DNA of 64,000 nt from an uncultured archaeon (GCA_964583985.1 CAZOYD010000005.1:1-64000), one strand, 5' to 3'. Positions 26,434-36,912 are shown, counted from the stretch's first letter. The notes: generated by a model from the sequence alone, not told the origin. Made by a program: numbers and translations.

Positions 26434-27881
26434 AACCTAACAATTTTGTCCCAATTAGAAAAATTGATAATTTTTTCATAATAATTAATGATATTTGTAA
26501 ATATAACACAACTTATACAAAAAAGATCAATGAAATCCTCCCGTTGTAAACCAAGCATTGCTGCGTTTGATTTTGAAAAACCAAGTCCTCTGGTAACCTC
26601 AATCTGACCATTAAACCCACTTAAGTTTACAACGAATTCTTGTTTTTTTCCCCCATTTATATAAGAATCACGAGAAATCCTTGCTAAACCTCCTATTGGT
26701 TGGATGATACCACTTGTATTTGCAACATAAATTCTAATATCATATGTGTGTTTTCCACCTCTCCAATTAATTAAGCAAAAATCTGCTAATTCTTGGATAG
26801 TATAAGGAAAAGGGTTTCGTTGTGGTCCAAATTTATTATAGAATTCTTTTTGACTGGTTTTTATAATTCTCCTTATATCCTCTTTTTTTTGATTTTGAGA
26901 GATAATCAAGACCCCCGCACCTCCAGAACCTCCACTTGGTTTTATGACAAATGATCTTTGTTCATTTTTAATCAAATATAATAATTTTTGAAGCATCTCC
27001 TTTTCTGAAAAACATTTTGTGAAAATTAAGTGCTTTAGGTTAAATTCACTAAGAACGTCTTGAGAAAAAAAACTAGCTAAATATGTCAAAGATTTATCAT
27101 CTGTTATTTTAAAAACTGGATTTACTATTATGGTCTTAATTTCTCTATAATTCTTAATCACGTCGTTATTAAAATTTTTATCATTAAAACGCCTTGCGAT
27201 ACCATCTCCAATTAAAACATGGATTTTTTCCTCTTTCAATCTAACCCAATTATTACTATAAGAAATTAAGGAAGAGATTTGATTATAATCCGCCACGAGA
27301 AAGATAAGTTCTGCTTTGTAATTAGGATCATAGTTGGATATATTAAAGATTTTTAAAGTAAAACCTTCCTTTTTCATTCTTTTTCTTAAATATTCAATCA
27401 AGATAACTTTTTCATGAATTAACCTGTCGTCTATAGGTAATCCAATGAGTATGAGAACTTTTTCGGTTCCTTCCTTTCTTTTTTGAATAGCCTTTTCAAT
27501 TGCTTGATAATAACCTTGATAAAGCATTTCTTGTTGTTTAATAGTTAGAATTGAAAGTCCACGATGTGAACCACCATTAGTTTCCAATAGGAAAAATTTA
27601 TTGCCATTGTTATTATTACTGACCATGAAATCAATACTTCCTACATAGAAAGCATCCTGATGAGTTATAACATTTACTTTTTTATCCGTTAACTTCTTTA
27701 GCGCTTCAGATCGTACTCCATCTATGAATGAATCGTCTTGTGACTGCCTTAAATCTGCGAATGAAATTAAATTAAGACCTAAGGATTCTCCTAATTTTAT
27801 CAGTTCTAAATCTGAATCGGTAATATTCTTAGACATTAAATTTAGAAATTTGGCAAATAAATTGTCTACTAAAAAAATCAC
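26427..27881 (-). CDS. Circularly permuted ATP-grasp ligase (YheC/D- or TTL-like motifs)
   Basis: N-terminal SIDFMV...FLLETN, then later DDK, VIKPSGGSGGAGV, IQE, YDIRIYV, GLARIS and VVNLS. Confidence 0.7.
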   Translation of the reverse strand: MIFLVDNLFAKFLNLMSKNITDSDLELIKLGESLGLNLISFADLRQSQDDSFIDGVRSEALKKLTDKKVNVITHQDAFYVGSIDFMVSNNNNGNKFFLLETNGGSHRGLSILTIKQQEMLYQGYYQAIEKAIQKRKEGTEKVLILIGLPIDDRLIHEKVILIEYLRKRMKKEGFTLKIFNISNYDPNYKAELIFLVADYNQISSLISYSNNWVRLKEEKIHVLIGDGIARRFNDKNFNNDVIKNYREIKTIIVNPVFKITDDKSLTYLASFFSQDVLSEFNLKHLIFTKCFSEKEMLQKLLYLIKNEQRSFVIKPSGGSGGAGVLIISQNQKKEDIRRIIKTSQKEFYNKFGPQRNPFPYTIQELADFCLINWRGGKHTYDIRIYVANTSGIIQPIGGLARISRDSYINGGKKQEFVVNLSGFNGQIEVTRGLGFSKSNAAMLGLQREDFIDLFCISCVIFTNIINYYEKIINFSNWDKIVRFQ

Positions 27882-27989
27882 CTATCATCAAGATTGAGAT
27901 ATAGTGAATTTATGACATGTAAAGATATATTTTTTTGTATAATCTCCACTAAAGATTAAAAAATATTAAAAATAAGTGAACTAAGCAAT

Positions 27990-29195
27990 TTATAAGTATA
28001 AATATCCTTGATGATTACCTTTGGTGCTCAATCTCAAACTTCCAAGAATAATTTTTTTTACTTGTGCTTGCTCCTTGTAATTCAAATCTGAAAAAAATAA
28101 TATGTATCTTTTTTCGAGATTTATTACAAATAGTAAACCAATTTTGATTAGTTTGGAATCTTCGGTCATTAACGAGATTATTACATAATGATAAGGCAAA
28201 TTAACTAAGCTCCCAACATTTATTTCCTGTTCAACTAGCGTGTTATTTTCCATATCAAAATCCATTTTAATGAATTTAATATCCTTTAAGGGCATAGAAA
28301 TTTTTCTATAATTTTCTAAAATTTTCGCAAATTGACTTTGTCTTAAAAATCTTCTTTCTTCCTTATCCTTATCATAGAAATATTTATTCTCTTGTTTAAT
28401 TAAAAATATTTTTCTCTTTTTTGATTTAGCAGCATTTTTTTCTATCTCTTTTAATTCCTCAATAGTATCATCATGAAATACAATAATAATGTCTGGATCA
28501 ACAGTTTCTATGAAATAATTTTTATATACAATTCCTGCCTCAGTTTTTATCCAACCATCACTATCTATTAATATGACGTTTGTTTCTTTATGCTTTTCTA
28601 AATAAGAATCAATTAAACTATTACAAGAATGTGCAACAATGAATTTATAATTTGATTTTGGAAATGTACTCCCTATGAATATAGTATCTTCAGTTTCGAC
28701 ATTTTCACTTGAAATTATATAATCCTTTATTTCGCCAATATTTAGGGTTGTTGGAAGATACATCATTTGCTGCCCTAAATCTGAATCAAGATACGCTCCT
28801 TTGTATCCTGCTCTCAAAATATTATTGGCTAAATACTTTATTAAAGTCGTTTTACCACCACTTATCCCTAACACCATCACTTTTAATGGGTTTGTTTCAC
28901 CTTTTTTTTTAATTTCCTCTAAAATTTTATTCTTTACGTCCTCCCATTCCTTAATGATGCTATTTTCTTCTATTTCTGACAGATTGTCCTTATTGTTAGT
29001 ATAAACATCTAATTTGGACGATTCAATTGAATAGATTGGATATACATTTGCGCCTGGAACAATTATTGTATTTTTTTTTTCAATTTTGTCAGGTACAAAA
29101 ATCTTTCCGAAAACTTCTATCTTGCCCTCCACTAAAACTATTCGTGTAGGACCTTGAACCAATAATGTATGACCTTCTGAAATATTCTTTATCAT
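27990..29195 (-). CDS. Clp1/Grc3/Nol9-family polynucleotide 5'-kinase
   Basis: LVQGP...GKIEVFG N-terminal domain, GGKTT P-loop, DSDLGQ, IDSDGWI and ERRFLR. Start placed at ATG 29195. Confidence 0.82.
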   Translation of the reverse strand: MIKNISEGHTLLVQGPTRIVLVEGKIEVFGKIFVPDKIEKKNTIIVPGANVYPIYSIESSKLDVYTNNKDNLSEIEENSIIKEWEDVKNKILEEIKKKGETNPLKVMVLGISGGKTTLIKYLANNILRAGYKGAYLDSDLGQQMMYLPTTLNIGEIKDYIISSENVETEDTIFIGSTFPKSNYKFIVAHSCNSLIDSYLEKHKETNVILIDSDGWIKTEAGIVYKNYFIETVDPDIIIVFHDDTIEELKEIEKNAAKSKKRKIFLIKQENKYFYDKDKEERRFLRQSQFAKILENYRKISMPLKDIKFIKMDFDMENNTLVEQEINVGSLVNLPYHYVIISLMTEDSKLIKIGLLFVINLEKRYILFFSDLNYKEQAQVKKIILGSLRLSTKGNHQGYLYL

Positions 29196-29285
29196 AAATT
29201 TCTCATTTCTATTAGTATTGTTATGACCAAAACATACTCGCAATTAATGTAATTAATTAATGAAAATATACTTTATTTTTCTCTT

Positions 29286-29726
29286 TCAAATTTTAAGTTC
29301 ATGAATATGAAGGATATCTTGAAATCCTAATTTTGTAAACAAAATTGTCGCTGTTTTATCTAAATTAGGAATAAGAGCTAATTTTATTGATTGGATGTGA
29401 TTTCTCTTGAAATAATCAACTGCATTTCTCATTATTAACTCTCCTATCCCATTTTTATCATCTAACACTATTAAATTCGAGACATATCCAAATTTAGATC
29501 CATTACCCGATTTCTTTATAGAGCATTGTGCAATACCTAAAACCTCCGAATTATTCTTTTCATCGAAAGCAGCTAACACTCTTGATTGGGATTCGATAAA
29601 CTTACTCTCCGTTAAATTAGTTCTCCATCTTTCTTCATTGAAATCCCTCCCTTTTACTTTGCAAAGATGTTTCATTAATGAGGTGATCTCATCTATATCG
29701 CTTTCAGAAAATTCTCGGACAATCAT
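29286..29726 (-). CDS. GNAT-family N-acetyltransferase
   Basis: MIVRE..ESD start, GYVSNLIV...GIGELIM and LFTKLGF. Confidence 0.75.
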   Translation of the reverse strand: MIVREFSESDIDEITSLMKHLCKVKGRDFNEERWRTNLTESKFIESQSRVLAAFDEKNNSEVLGIAQCSIKKSGNGSKFGYVSNLIVLDDKNGIGELIMRNAVDYFKRNHIQSIKLALIPNLDKTATILFTKLGFQDILHIHELKI

Positions 29727-29851
29727 TATTTTATTAGCTTAATTCAAAAAACTTGTAAATAAAATTTCTTAAATATCCTTTATAATAAATGATTTTTTTT
29801 TAAGTTTTTTCAATATCTCTTGAATTGAATACTATTAAATTAGAAATATAG

Positions 29852-30409
29852 TTATTTTTTAAATTTTTGATAACAAGGAATGCACATTTTACTCTGATGA
29901 TAATCAACAATTCTCGAACTCATGGTTAATTCTTTACAAACATCACATACTATAGATTCTTCTATTTGAGCTTTTGGAGGAGGATTATACTCCACTTCTT
30001 CGATATCAAATATGTCTTCAATATTAGATTCTAATAATAATTTCACTTTCTCATCTCTTGTAACTTTCTTTTTATCAAATGACGTACTTTTTAATGATAA
30101 TCTTACACCTTTTTTTGCTTTTCTACTGAAAATTGTAAAGTTATTTTTCCCATAATCTCGATAAATTAAATTTCCTTTTCCAAAGGTTGTTCCTAATAAA
30201 GCTTGTAAAGCATCAACACTACAATTATCATTTTCAACAATTGCTACTAATTCCTCATCAGGAGAATGTTCATATCCATTTTCAATAGCATATTTTGCAA
30301 CTAATACGCCTATTACTACTCCTGGACAAATATGTCCATGGAAAATGGTTGCTTTTTTCATCAATTCGTTTATATCCATCTTATTAAACCCTTCTAAGGA
30401 GTTAATCAT
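29852..30409 (-). CDS. fmdE: FmdE-family protein with C-terminal Zn finger
   Basis: FHGHICPG, ENDNCSVDALQ, GTTFGKGNL and CDVCKE...CIPC. Confidence 0.88.
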   Translation of the reverse strand: MINSLEGFNKMDINELMKKATIFHGHICPGVVIGVLVAKYAIENGYEHSPDEELVAIVENDNCSVDALQALLGTTFGKGNLIYRDYGKNNFTIFSRKAKKGVRLSLKSTSFDKKKVTRDEKVKLLLESNIEDIFDIEEVEYNPPPKAQIEESIVCDVCKELTMSSRIVDYHQSKMCIPCYQKFKK

Positions 30410-30443
30410 TTTCTTTAAGTATAAATCACACGTTCTAATCCAT

Positions 30444-30668
30444 TCATTTTAAATAATTATTTTTGATATCTAAATATCTCTTTTTTGTTTTCTCTGCATC
30501 TTCAGAATTATTACATTTCATGTAATTTGAATAGGCTTGGTTTAGAAGCTCCAAGGATTTCTCGTATTCTTTATTCTTAAAATGATTTTCAGATAACTCA
30601 ACAAGATAATCTCCTTTTGTTTGAAAAAATTTCATAAAGTCTTTTCCCGTATTTATCTTATTATCCAT
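30444..30668 (-). CDS. Small TPR-like helical protein
   Basis: HFKNKEYEKSLELLNQAYSNY fits a TPR helix pattern. Confidence 0.55.
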   Translation of the reverse strand: MDNKINTGKDFMKFFQTKGDYLVELSENHFKNKEYEKSLELLNQAYSNYMKCNNSEDAEKTKKRYLDIKNNYLK

Positions 30669-30748
30669 GATTTCACTTATGTTAAGTTGGTAGATCGTGA
30701 TATATTATACTTATGAATATATAAAGTAATAAAATTACCTAAATTATT

Positions 30749-32188
30749 CTATTTTTTTTGTTCAGATTGTGTACGATATTCATTCATATTTATAACTTTT
30801 CCCTTCAAACGGGATTCTTCTGCAGCGAATGCCATCAAGTGGCTTTCCAAACTCTCACGAGCATTGGTTAATGGTTGATTTTTATTCGAATCAAGTATTG
30901 CATTAATGAATTCCTCGACAAGAATAGAATCACCTCCCCCATGACCTGATGAATCTGAAGATAAATGACTTTTAAAGATTATATTCTCAGAACCAGAATA
31001 AGGATCTCGTAATAAAATCTCTTGATATGAATCACCAAATTCTCCTATTAAAGTGGATCTTGTTCCATCAATCCTTATTGTACGTCCTTCTCGATCACTG
31101 AATCCGTGCATTGTCAAATTAGTTGTCACACCATTTTCAAATTCAATGTTCACTATTTGATGATCTACAACATTATTATCACATTTATAAACACATCTTC
31201 CATAAAAACTTCGTTTTAGTATCATCATTTTCGCTTCATAAGAATAATCTCCCGCAATTTCTTCTGGTTGTCCAAAATACAAGGGTTCAACAGGCCAATC
31301 TTTCCAATTTACTAAAGGTTTTAAAGATTTAATTATTTTTGACAAAAAATTTAAGGTTTTTGGATGATATTTCCGCAGGTTGGAAACAAATTTATAAAAT
31401 TTTTTTTGACTTAGTTTCAAAATCTGCAATATAGGCTCAATATCAATATATATTCTTGGTGCATAATATAAACAAGTTTCTTCTATTGGACATCCTTCAA
31501 CACAAAATTCAGGAGCACCTTTTGGAGCATTTTCTCGTTTAAAATGTTTTAAGCTTCCAAAGGAACTAATTTTTTTTGGATAAGATCCTACCAACCAGAA
31601 TATCAAATCTAAATCATGACAGCATTTTGCTAAAATCATGGGAGATGACTGTTCAACATTTCTCCAATTTCCTCGAACAAAACTGTGAGCCATATGGTAC
31701 CAACTAACATTTTCCCTATGAGAAATATTAATTATATCACCAAGCATACCTCGTCTAATGATATTTTGAATTGTCGAGAAGAAACCAGTGTATCTCAAAA
31801 CATGACCAATTGCTAAAACATTACCCGTTTCTTCGACTTTTTTAATTATATCAATACACCCATCAAGAGTATGAGCCATTGGCTTTTCCAGCAAGACGTC
31901 ATAACCCCTTTCTAAAGCCATAATTGTTGGTTCAATGTGAAGTTGATCTTGAGTACAAATGAAAGCGACATCTGCAAACTTTTCTTTAGCAAGCAAGGTT
32001 TCCCATGTATCATAACATGATTCTGGAGGGATATCGTGTAACAATGCAAATTTCTTTAATCTTGAAGATACTGGTTCTGCTACAGCAATAAATCTCAACT
32101 TATCTTTATTTTCAAGAGAATATTGACCATAAACAGTCATTCCTCGATTTCCCGCTCCAATTAATATGGCTTTAACTGGTAGATCCAT
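30749..32188 (-). CDS. Gfo/Idh/MocA-family NAD(P)-dependent oxidoreductase
   Basis: GAGNRG, LLEKPMA, HSFVRGNW, AKCCHDLD and GHGGGD motifs. Confidence 0.9.
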   Translation of the reverse strand: MDLPVKAILIGAGNRGMTVYGQYSLENKDKLRFIAVAEPVSSRLKKFALLHDIPPESCYDTWETLLAKEKFADVAFICTQDQLHIEPTIMALERGYDVLLEKPMAHTLDGCIDIIKKVEETGNVLAIGHVLRYTGFFSTIQNIIRRGMLGDIINISHRENVSWYHMAHSFVRGNWRNVEQSSPMILAKCCHDLDLIFWLVGSYPKKISSFGSLKHFKRENAPKGAPEFCVEGCPIEETCLYYAPRIYIDIEPILQILKLSQKKFYKFVSNLRKYHPKTLNFLSKIIKSLKPLVNWKDWPVEPLYFGQPEEIAGDYSYEAKMMILKRSFYGRCVYKCDNNVVDHQIVNIEFENGVTTNLTMHGFSDREGRTIRIDGTRSTLIGEFGDSYQEILLRDPYSGSENIIFKSHLSSDSSGHGGGDSILVEEFINAILDSNKNQPLTNARESLESHLMAFAAEESRLKGKVINMNEYRTQSEQKK

Positions 32189-32198
32189 ATATACCCCT

Positions 32199-33299
32199 CT
32201 ATTTCAGGATAGACGGAATTATTCCTTCAATTAATAAAAAATCTACTAATGTTATGGCAGTCATGGCTTCTACCACGATAACAACTCTAGGTACTATGCA
32301 GGGGTCATGCTTTCCTTCAATCATGAGGTTAATATTTTCTTTTGTTTTAAAATTAACAGATTGTTGAGATTTTCCGATGCTAGGTGTCGGTTTGATAGCT
32401 ACATTGAATTCTATGGGCATTCCTGTTGAAATTCCTCCTATAATTCCTCCAGAATCATTTTTTGTCGTTTTAATATTGTCATTATCGTAAATCCATGGAT
32501 CGTTATGTTTCGAACCCTTCATTAAAGTGGCATTAAATCCCGAACCAAATTCGATACCTTTTACAGAAGGAATTGAGAATATCGCCTTACTTAGATTTGA
32601 TTCAAGACTATTAAAAATCGGCCCACCTATTCCTGATGGGAAATTACGAACAATGCATCGTATAATTCCCCCTATAGAATCTTTATCTACCATTAGTGTT
32701 TTAATTCTTTCTTCCATTGTTTTTGAAAGCCCTGAATTAAGGGTTCTTACTGTGGAGTTTTCCCGTGCATCTAACAAGGTGTCTATATTTACTGACCTGT
32801 AATCCTTATTATCAACAATATTTCCAATACTCTTTGTATAGGAGAAAACCGAGATGTTTCTTGTTTTAAGTAATTGCTTTGCTATCGCACCCGCTATAAC
32901 AAAACCTGCAGTTATCCTTCCAGAAAATCTCCCAGATCCTCTATAATCCGCAAAACCCCCATACTTTTTCAACGCAACATAATCAATATGAGATGGTCTT
33001 AGCTTGAATTGATCATATTTTGAAGAGTCAACATCTTCATTTTCAATGATAAAACATAAAGGGGCTCCTGTTGTTTTTCCATTAAATATTCCTGATAATG
33101 GTATTGCGAAATCTCTCTCACTTCTTGGAGATGTTATATCTGATTGAGCAGGTCTTCTTTGTTCGAGTTCTTTTTGAATTAAATTTAAATCAAAATCCAA
33201 ACCAGCTGGAATACCATCAATAATAATACCAATCACTTTTCCATGACTTTCTCCAAAGGAAGTGATTATAAATTTTTGACCTAAAGAATTATCAGCCAA
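32199..33299 (-). CDS. aroC: Chorismate synthase
   Basis: FGESHG, RPSHID, GRFSGR, KGIEFG, GGISTG, KPTPSI and HDPC. Confidence 0.95.
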   Translation of the reverse strand: MADNSLGQKFIITSFGESHGKVIGIIIDGIPAGLDFDLNLIQKELEQRRPAQSDITSPRSERDFAIPLSGIFNGKTTGAPLCFIIENEDVDSSKYDQFKLRPSHIDYVALKKYGGFADYRGSGRFSGRITAGFVIAGAIAKQLLKTRNISVFSYTKSIGNIVDNKDYRSVNIDTLLDARENSTVRTLNSGLSKTMEERIKTLMVDKDSIGGIIRCIVRNFPSGIGGPIFNSLESNLSKAIFSIPSVKGIEFGSGFNATLMKGSKHNDPWIYDNDNIKTTKNDSGGIIGGISTGMPIEFNVAIKPTPSIGKSQQSVNFKTKENINLMIEGKHDPCIVPRVVIVVEAMTAITLVDFLLIEGIIPSILK

Positions 33300-33393
33300 T
33301 CAATATCACAATAGAACTATTTGATGATTAATTAATTACTTTGATATTTTATTAATTCTTTTTTATGAATTATTAAATCTAAAAGAAGAAAAT

Positions 33394-34716
33394 ATGAACT
33401 TTACCATATACCCAACCCATCTACTTCAAGGTGAAATTAAAGCCCCCGCATCAAAAAGTTATTCTCATCGTGCTTTTTTAGTAGCTAGTTTAGCCAATGG
33501 GGAAAGTTTAATAAAAAACACTCTCGATTCTGGAGATGTCAAGATTACTTTAGATGGCTTAAGAACTTTTGGTATAAATATAGAAAAACAAGAAGAACAC
33601 AATTATAAAGTCGAAAATCGAGCTAAAATATTAAAACAAAAAGAAATCCTTTTGGATTGTAAGAATTCTGGTACAAGCATACGATTTTTTAGTGCCATTG
33701 CCTTATTAATAGAGGGAGGTGTTAATATTTCTGGGGAGTTTTTTGCGAGAAATCGACCTATTCTTCCATTATTAAATTCTTTAAAAAATTTTGGAGCTAT
33801 CTATAACCTTGCAAACAATATACTTCATATTGAAAGAAAAGAGGAAAAATGTGATATAATCCATATTCCGGGTCATATCAGTTCACAATTTATTTCTGCT
33901 CTCTTAATAATAAGTCCAATAATTCCTTGTGGGCATTCTAAATCCATTGAAATTAATGTCGTAACACCCTTTTCATCTTATCCTTATATAGAAATTACAC
34001 TTGACGTCCTAAAGTCTTTTGGAGTTCATGTAGAAGAAATATTAAATGAAGATAATACTGGTAAATATTATATTTCAAATTCACAAAAATTGGTGGGTAC
34101 TGAATATACAATTCCCGGAGATTTTTCATCAATCGCTTTTATAATTGCTGCGGTTGTCATTTCAAGCGTCGAATCTCAAGTTATCATTAGAAATTTAGAT
34201 TTTGATAAACCTCAAGGAGATAAAAAATTTATCAATATTCTCCAAAAAATGGGTGCTGAAATTGATATAAATAACGTTCAGGGTATGCTTTCTGTAAGAG
34301 GAAATTTAAATAAAAACGTTTTAAAGGGTATTAAAATTGATTGTGATGGAATTCCTGATCTTTTTCCAATTCTATGTGTAATAGGAGCGTTTGCTAAATC
34401 TAAAACGATTCTTTATAATATTTCAAGTCTTAAACATAAAGAAAGTGATAGAATTAAGGTAATGATGCGAGAATTAAAAAAAATGGGAGTAATGATGGAA
34501 TATGATGGAGAAAACATCGTAATATATCATTGTGAAAAACTTGAAGGCATTGATATAGACCACGAAAATGATCATAGAATTGCAATGGCAATTACCATAG
34601 CAGCCTTACATGCGGTTTCAAAATCTAGAATTAAAAATGCTGAAATTTTCCAAGATTCATATCCTAATTTTATCCAAGATATGATCAAATTGGGTGCAAA
34701 ATTAGAAATAGAATAA
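33394..34716 (+). CDS. aroA: EPSP synthase (3-phosphoshikimate 1-carboxyvinyltransferase)
   Basis: SKSYSHR, NSGTSIRF, SSQFIS, KESDR and DHRIAMA. Confidence 0.95.
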   Translation: MNFTIYPTHLLQGEIKAPASKSYSHRAFLVASLANGESLIKNTLDSGDVKITLDGLRTFGINIEKQEEHNYKVENRAKILKQKEILLDCKNSGTSIRFFSAIALLIEGGVNISGEFFARNRPILPLLNSLKNFGAIYNLANNILHIERKEEKCDIIHIPGHISSQFISALLIISPIIPCGHSKSIEINVVTPFSSYPYIEITLDVLKSFGVHVEEILNEDNTGKYYISNSQKLVGTEYTIPGDFSSIAFIIAAVVISSVESQVIIRNLDFDKPQGDKKFINILQKMGAEIDINNVQGMLSVRGNLNKNVLKGIKIDCDGIPDLFPILCVIGAFAKSKTILYNISSLKHKESDRIKVMMRELKKMGVMMEYDGENIVIYHCEKLEGIDIDHENDHRIAMAITIAALHAVSKSRIKNAEIFQDSYPNFIQDMIKLGAKLEIE

Positions 34717-34730
34717 TTTTTACAAAGAAA

Positions 34731-35147
34731 TTATCGAAATGATTTTTGACGCCTTGCTCTAGCTTTTCTACCACCAAAATGCTTCGGTTCAGTTCTCCTT
34801 GAATCACCAGAAAGAAGAGATTCATCATATTCTCGAAATGATTTCTCAATTGTCTTTGTGCCAATAAATTTATTTATTGCCTTTGCTATTGCAATTCGAA
34901 CAGCATCAGTTTGACTCATTATTCCCCCGCCTTTCACTTTAACAGAAATATCACATTTTTCAAGTTTAGGATGGGTTATAACTTCAAATACTTCTTTTAT
35001 TCTCAATCTCCCAATTTCTGGTTCGTAAATATCAAGTGGGACATTATTAATTTTAATTTGCCCTTTCGCTGGAAATTTTAAAGTAGCTCTAGCAATAGCT
35101 GATTTTCTCTTTCCTGCAGATTGAACATACTTAGATTTTTCAGACAT
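34731..35147 (-). CDS. rps9: 30S ribosomal protein S9 (uS9)
   Basis: GKRKSAIARA, GGG, DSRRTEPKHFGG..ARARRQKSFR. Confidence 0.97.
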   Translation of the reverse strand: MSEKSKYVQSAGKRKSAIARATLKFPAKGQIKINNVPLDIYEPEIGRLRIKEVFEVITHPKLEKCDISVKVKGGGIMSQTDAVRIAIAKAINKFIGTKTIEKSFREYDESLLSGDSRRTEPKHFGGRKARARRQKSFR

Positions 35148-35152
35148 AATTT

Positions 35153-35623
35153 TTACGCCTCAATTTCTTTGTTGTTCCATCCAATTCGAGTACAAAGATT
35201 TTCTAATGTAATGTATTTATTATAATACGAAAGCCTACTCTTATCAGAATTTGGAATTTCATCCGATATTAATTTTTGATACCTCGATTTAAATCGGTCA
35301 GGAATATCACCAATGTAGATATGAACTCTCTTTAATGCTTCTTTACCCCTTAGTTTCTTTCTGGGGAGCATCTTTTTAATCACATTTCTCATGAAAGTAT
35401 CTGGTCTTCTTGGCCAAAAAGGACCGCGACGTGGGTTAGTAGCAGTGCTTATTTCCAGTTTTTCCAAATATTTATTATGGATATTTAGCTTAGTTCCGCT
35501 TATTATTGCATATTTTGCATTTATAACAACTATTTTTTCTCCCAATAGTGCCTTTTTAGCAATTTGGCTGCAAAATCGCCCCAATATCTTATCAGTAGCA
35601 TCTATTAATTGATATTCCTGCAT
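35153..35623 (-). CDS. rpl13: 50S ribosomal protein L13 (uL13)
   Basis: IDATDKILGR, NPRRGPFWPRRP and MLP motifs. Confidence 0.97.
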   Translation of the reverse strand: MQEYQLIDATDKILGRFCSQIAKKALLGEKIVVINAKYAIISGTKLNIHNKYLEKLEISTATNPRRGPFWPRRPDTFMRNVIKKMLPRKKLRGKEALKRVHIYIGDIPDRFKSRYQKLISDEIPNSDKSRLSYYNKYITLENLCTRIGWNNKEIEA

Positions 35624-35640
35624 TTCTTCTCACTTACCTT

Positions 35641-35997
35641 CTAATAAAAGATTTTTATATTTTTTCCTTCAGGATTTTGTTCGAATAATTCGTTAATTGA
35701 TAATAACTTGCTTCCTGATTGCTCAATTTTCTTCTTTGCAGAATTTGAACACTCCAAACAAGCTATCGTTAATTTATGATTTAATTCACCAATACCTAAT
35801 ACCTTGCCTGGAATGATAATGGTATCATTGAGATTAGTTTTCTTGTTTATCCTATAAAGATTTGCTTCTATTCTATTACTTCTTGGACTAGCTATCTTTT
35901 TTGATACTTTTTTCCATATTCTTCTCTTAGTTTTCCAAAGTTCTCTAATTAGTTTCCTATTATAATAATTACTAGGACCTTTGCTCTGATGGCTCAT
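35641..35997 (-). CDS. rpl18e: 50S ribosomal protein L18e (eL18)
   Basis: PGKVLGIG, AKKKIEQSG and NPEG. Canonical position after rpo3. Confidence 0.95.
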   Translation of the reverse strand: MSHQSKGPSNYYNRKLIRELWKTKRRIWKKVSKKIASPRSNRIEANLYRINKKTNLNDTIIIPGKVLGIGELNHKLTIACLECSNSAKKKIEQSGSKLLSINELFEQNPEGKNIKIFY

Positions 35998-36075
35998 TTT
36001 TTTTTCTCTCGTATTACGATGGTGTAATTAGTATATAAACTTAAATTTATAATATTTTAATAAATTTTGGATTGT

Positions 36076-36912
36076 TCAAGTCTCTATCTTAAGGTCCTCT
36101 AATTTAGTAATAAATTCATTAATTTTTTCATCAAATATTTCAAACGTCTTCCTAAAGAGAACATCAAAAGGTAATACTCCATCACTTTCGATCGTAATAA
36201 TGTATACATTCTCTTTATCGGATACTTTAATTTTATCAGAATTGCTCTCGCAAGATTTACAAAGAGTGCAAGTTTTCCAATAATCATTCTTCAATTTTAA
36301 TCCTTTATTACTGGTTAATTCATATAGCTTCTCAGGACACATCTTAACAATTAAACTATTAACTTCTGGATCCTTCATATCCTTTTCATTAAATTCTATA
36401 ACGGGATAATTTCGATAAGCAAAATTCGATAAAGCTTGCCATTTCGCGTGATCCTTAGCTTTTCCTAATATAGCATACGCCTCAATGATAACTTTATCAT
36501 TTTTATCAATTTTTACAATAGGAATCCTTGAATCAACCGGAACAATCTTAGGATCGTTTGAGATAAGATCTCCGGAATATATTTCTAAAGGAGAATTAGT
36601 AGAATTACTTATTTCACAAGTTAATGATACTTGACATAGTGAGCAGCCATATCCTTCACATTCACATTCTTCAGGAAGTTTATATGTATCCAAGTCAGTT
36701 TTTAATGGAATTAATCCTAAACGATGCGCAATAATCTCGTCATAAAGCGGACTATCATTTTTTAAGATAATAACTTCATCGATTGCCATTACGGGGATTT
36801 CTGTTAACATAATTCTTCTGATTGCATTTATCATTTCAATAGAAACCCCTTCTACAATGAACTTGAGATTATGTTCGTCTTTATCGATTATATCAAGCTT
36901 AAGAGAACTCAT
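36076..36912 (-). CDS. rpoD: RNA polymerase subunit Rpo3 (D)
   Basis: NAIRRIML, LYDEIIAHRLGLIPL, CECEGYGCSLC, HAKW and CP...CTLCKSC. Confidence 0.96.
   Translation of the reverse strand: MSSLKLDIIDKDEHNLKFIVEGVSIEMINAIRRIMLTEIPVMAIDEVIILKNDSPLYDEIIAHRLGLIPLKTDLDTYKLPEECECEGYGCSLCQVSLTCEISNSTNSPLEIYSGDLISNDPKIVPVDSRIPIVKIDKNDKVIIEAYAILGKAKDHAKWQALSNFAYRNYPVIEFNEKDMKDPEVNSLIVKMCPEKLYELTSNKGLKLKNDYWKTCTLCKSCESNSDKIKVSDKENVYIITIESDGVLPFDVLFRKTFEIFDEKINEFITKLEDLKIET

Noticed and set aside
21174-27881. GGCT, hydrolase and ATP-grasp as one glutamylation/deglutamylation operon
   Set aside because: The genes are on mixed strands and separated by unrelated genes, so there is no operon evidence.
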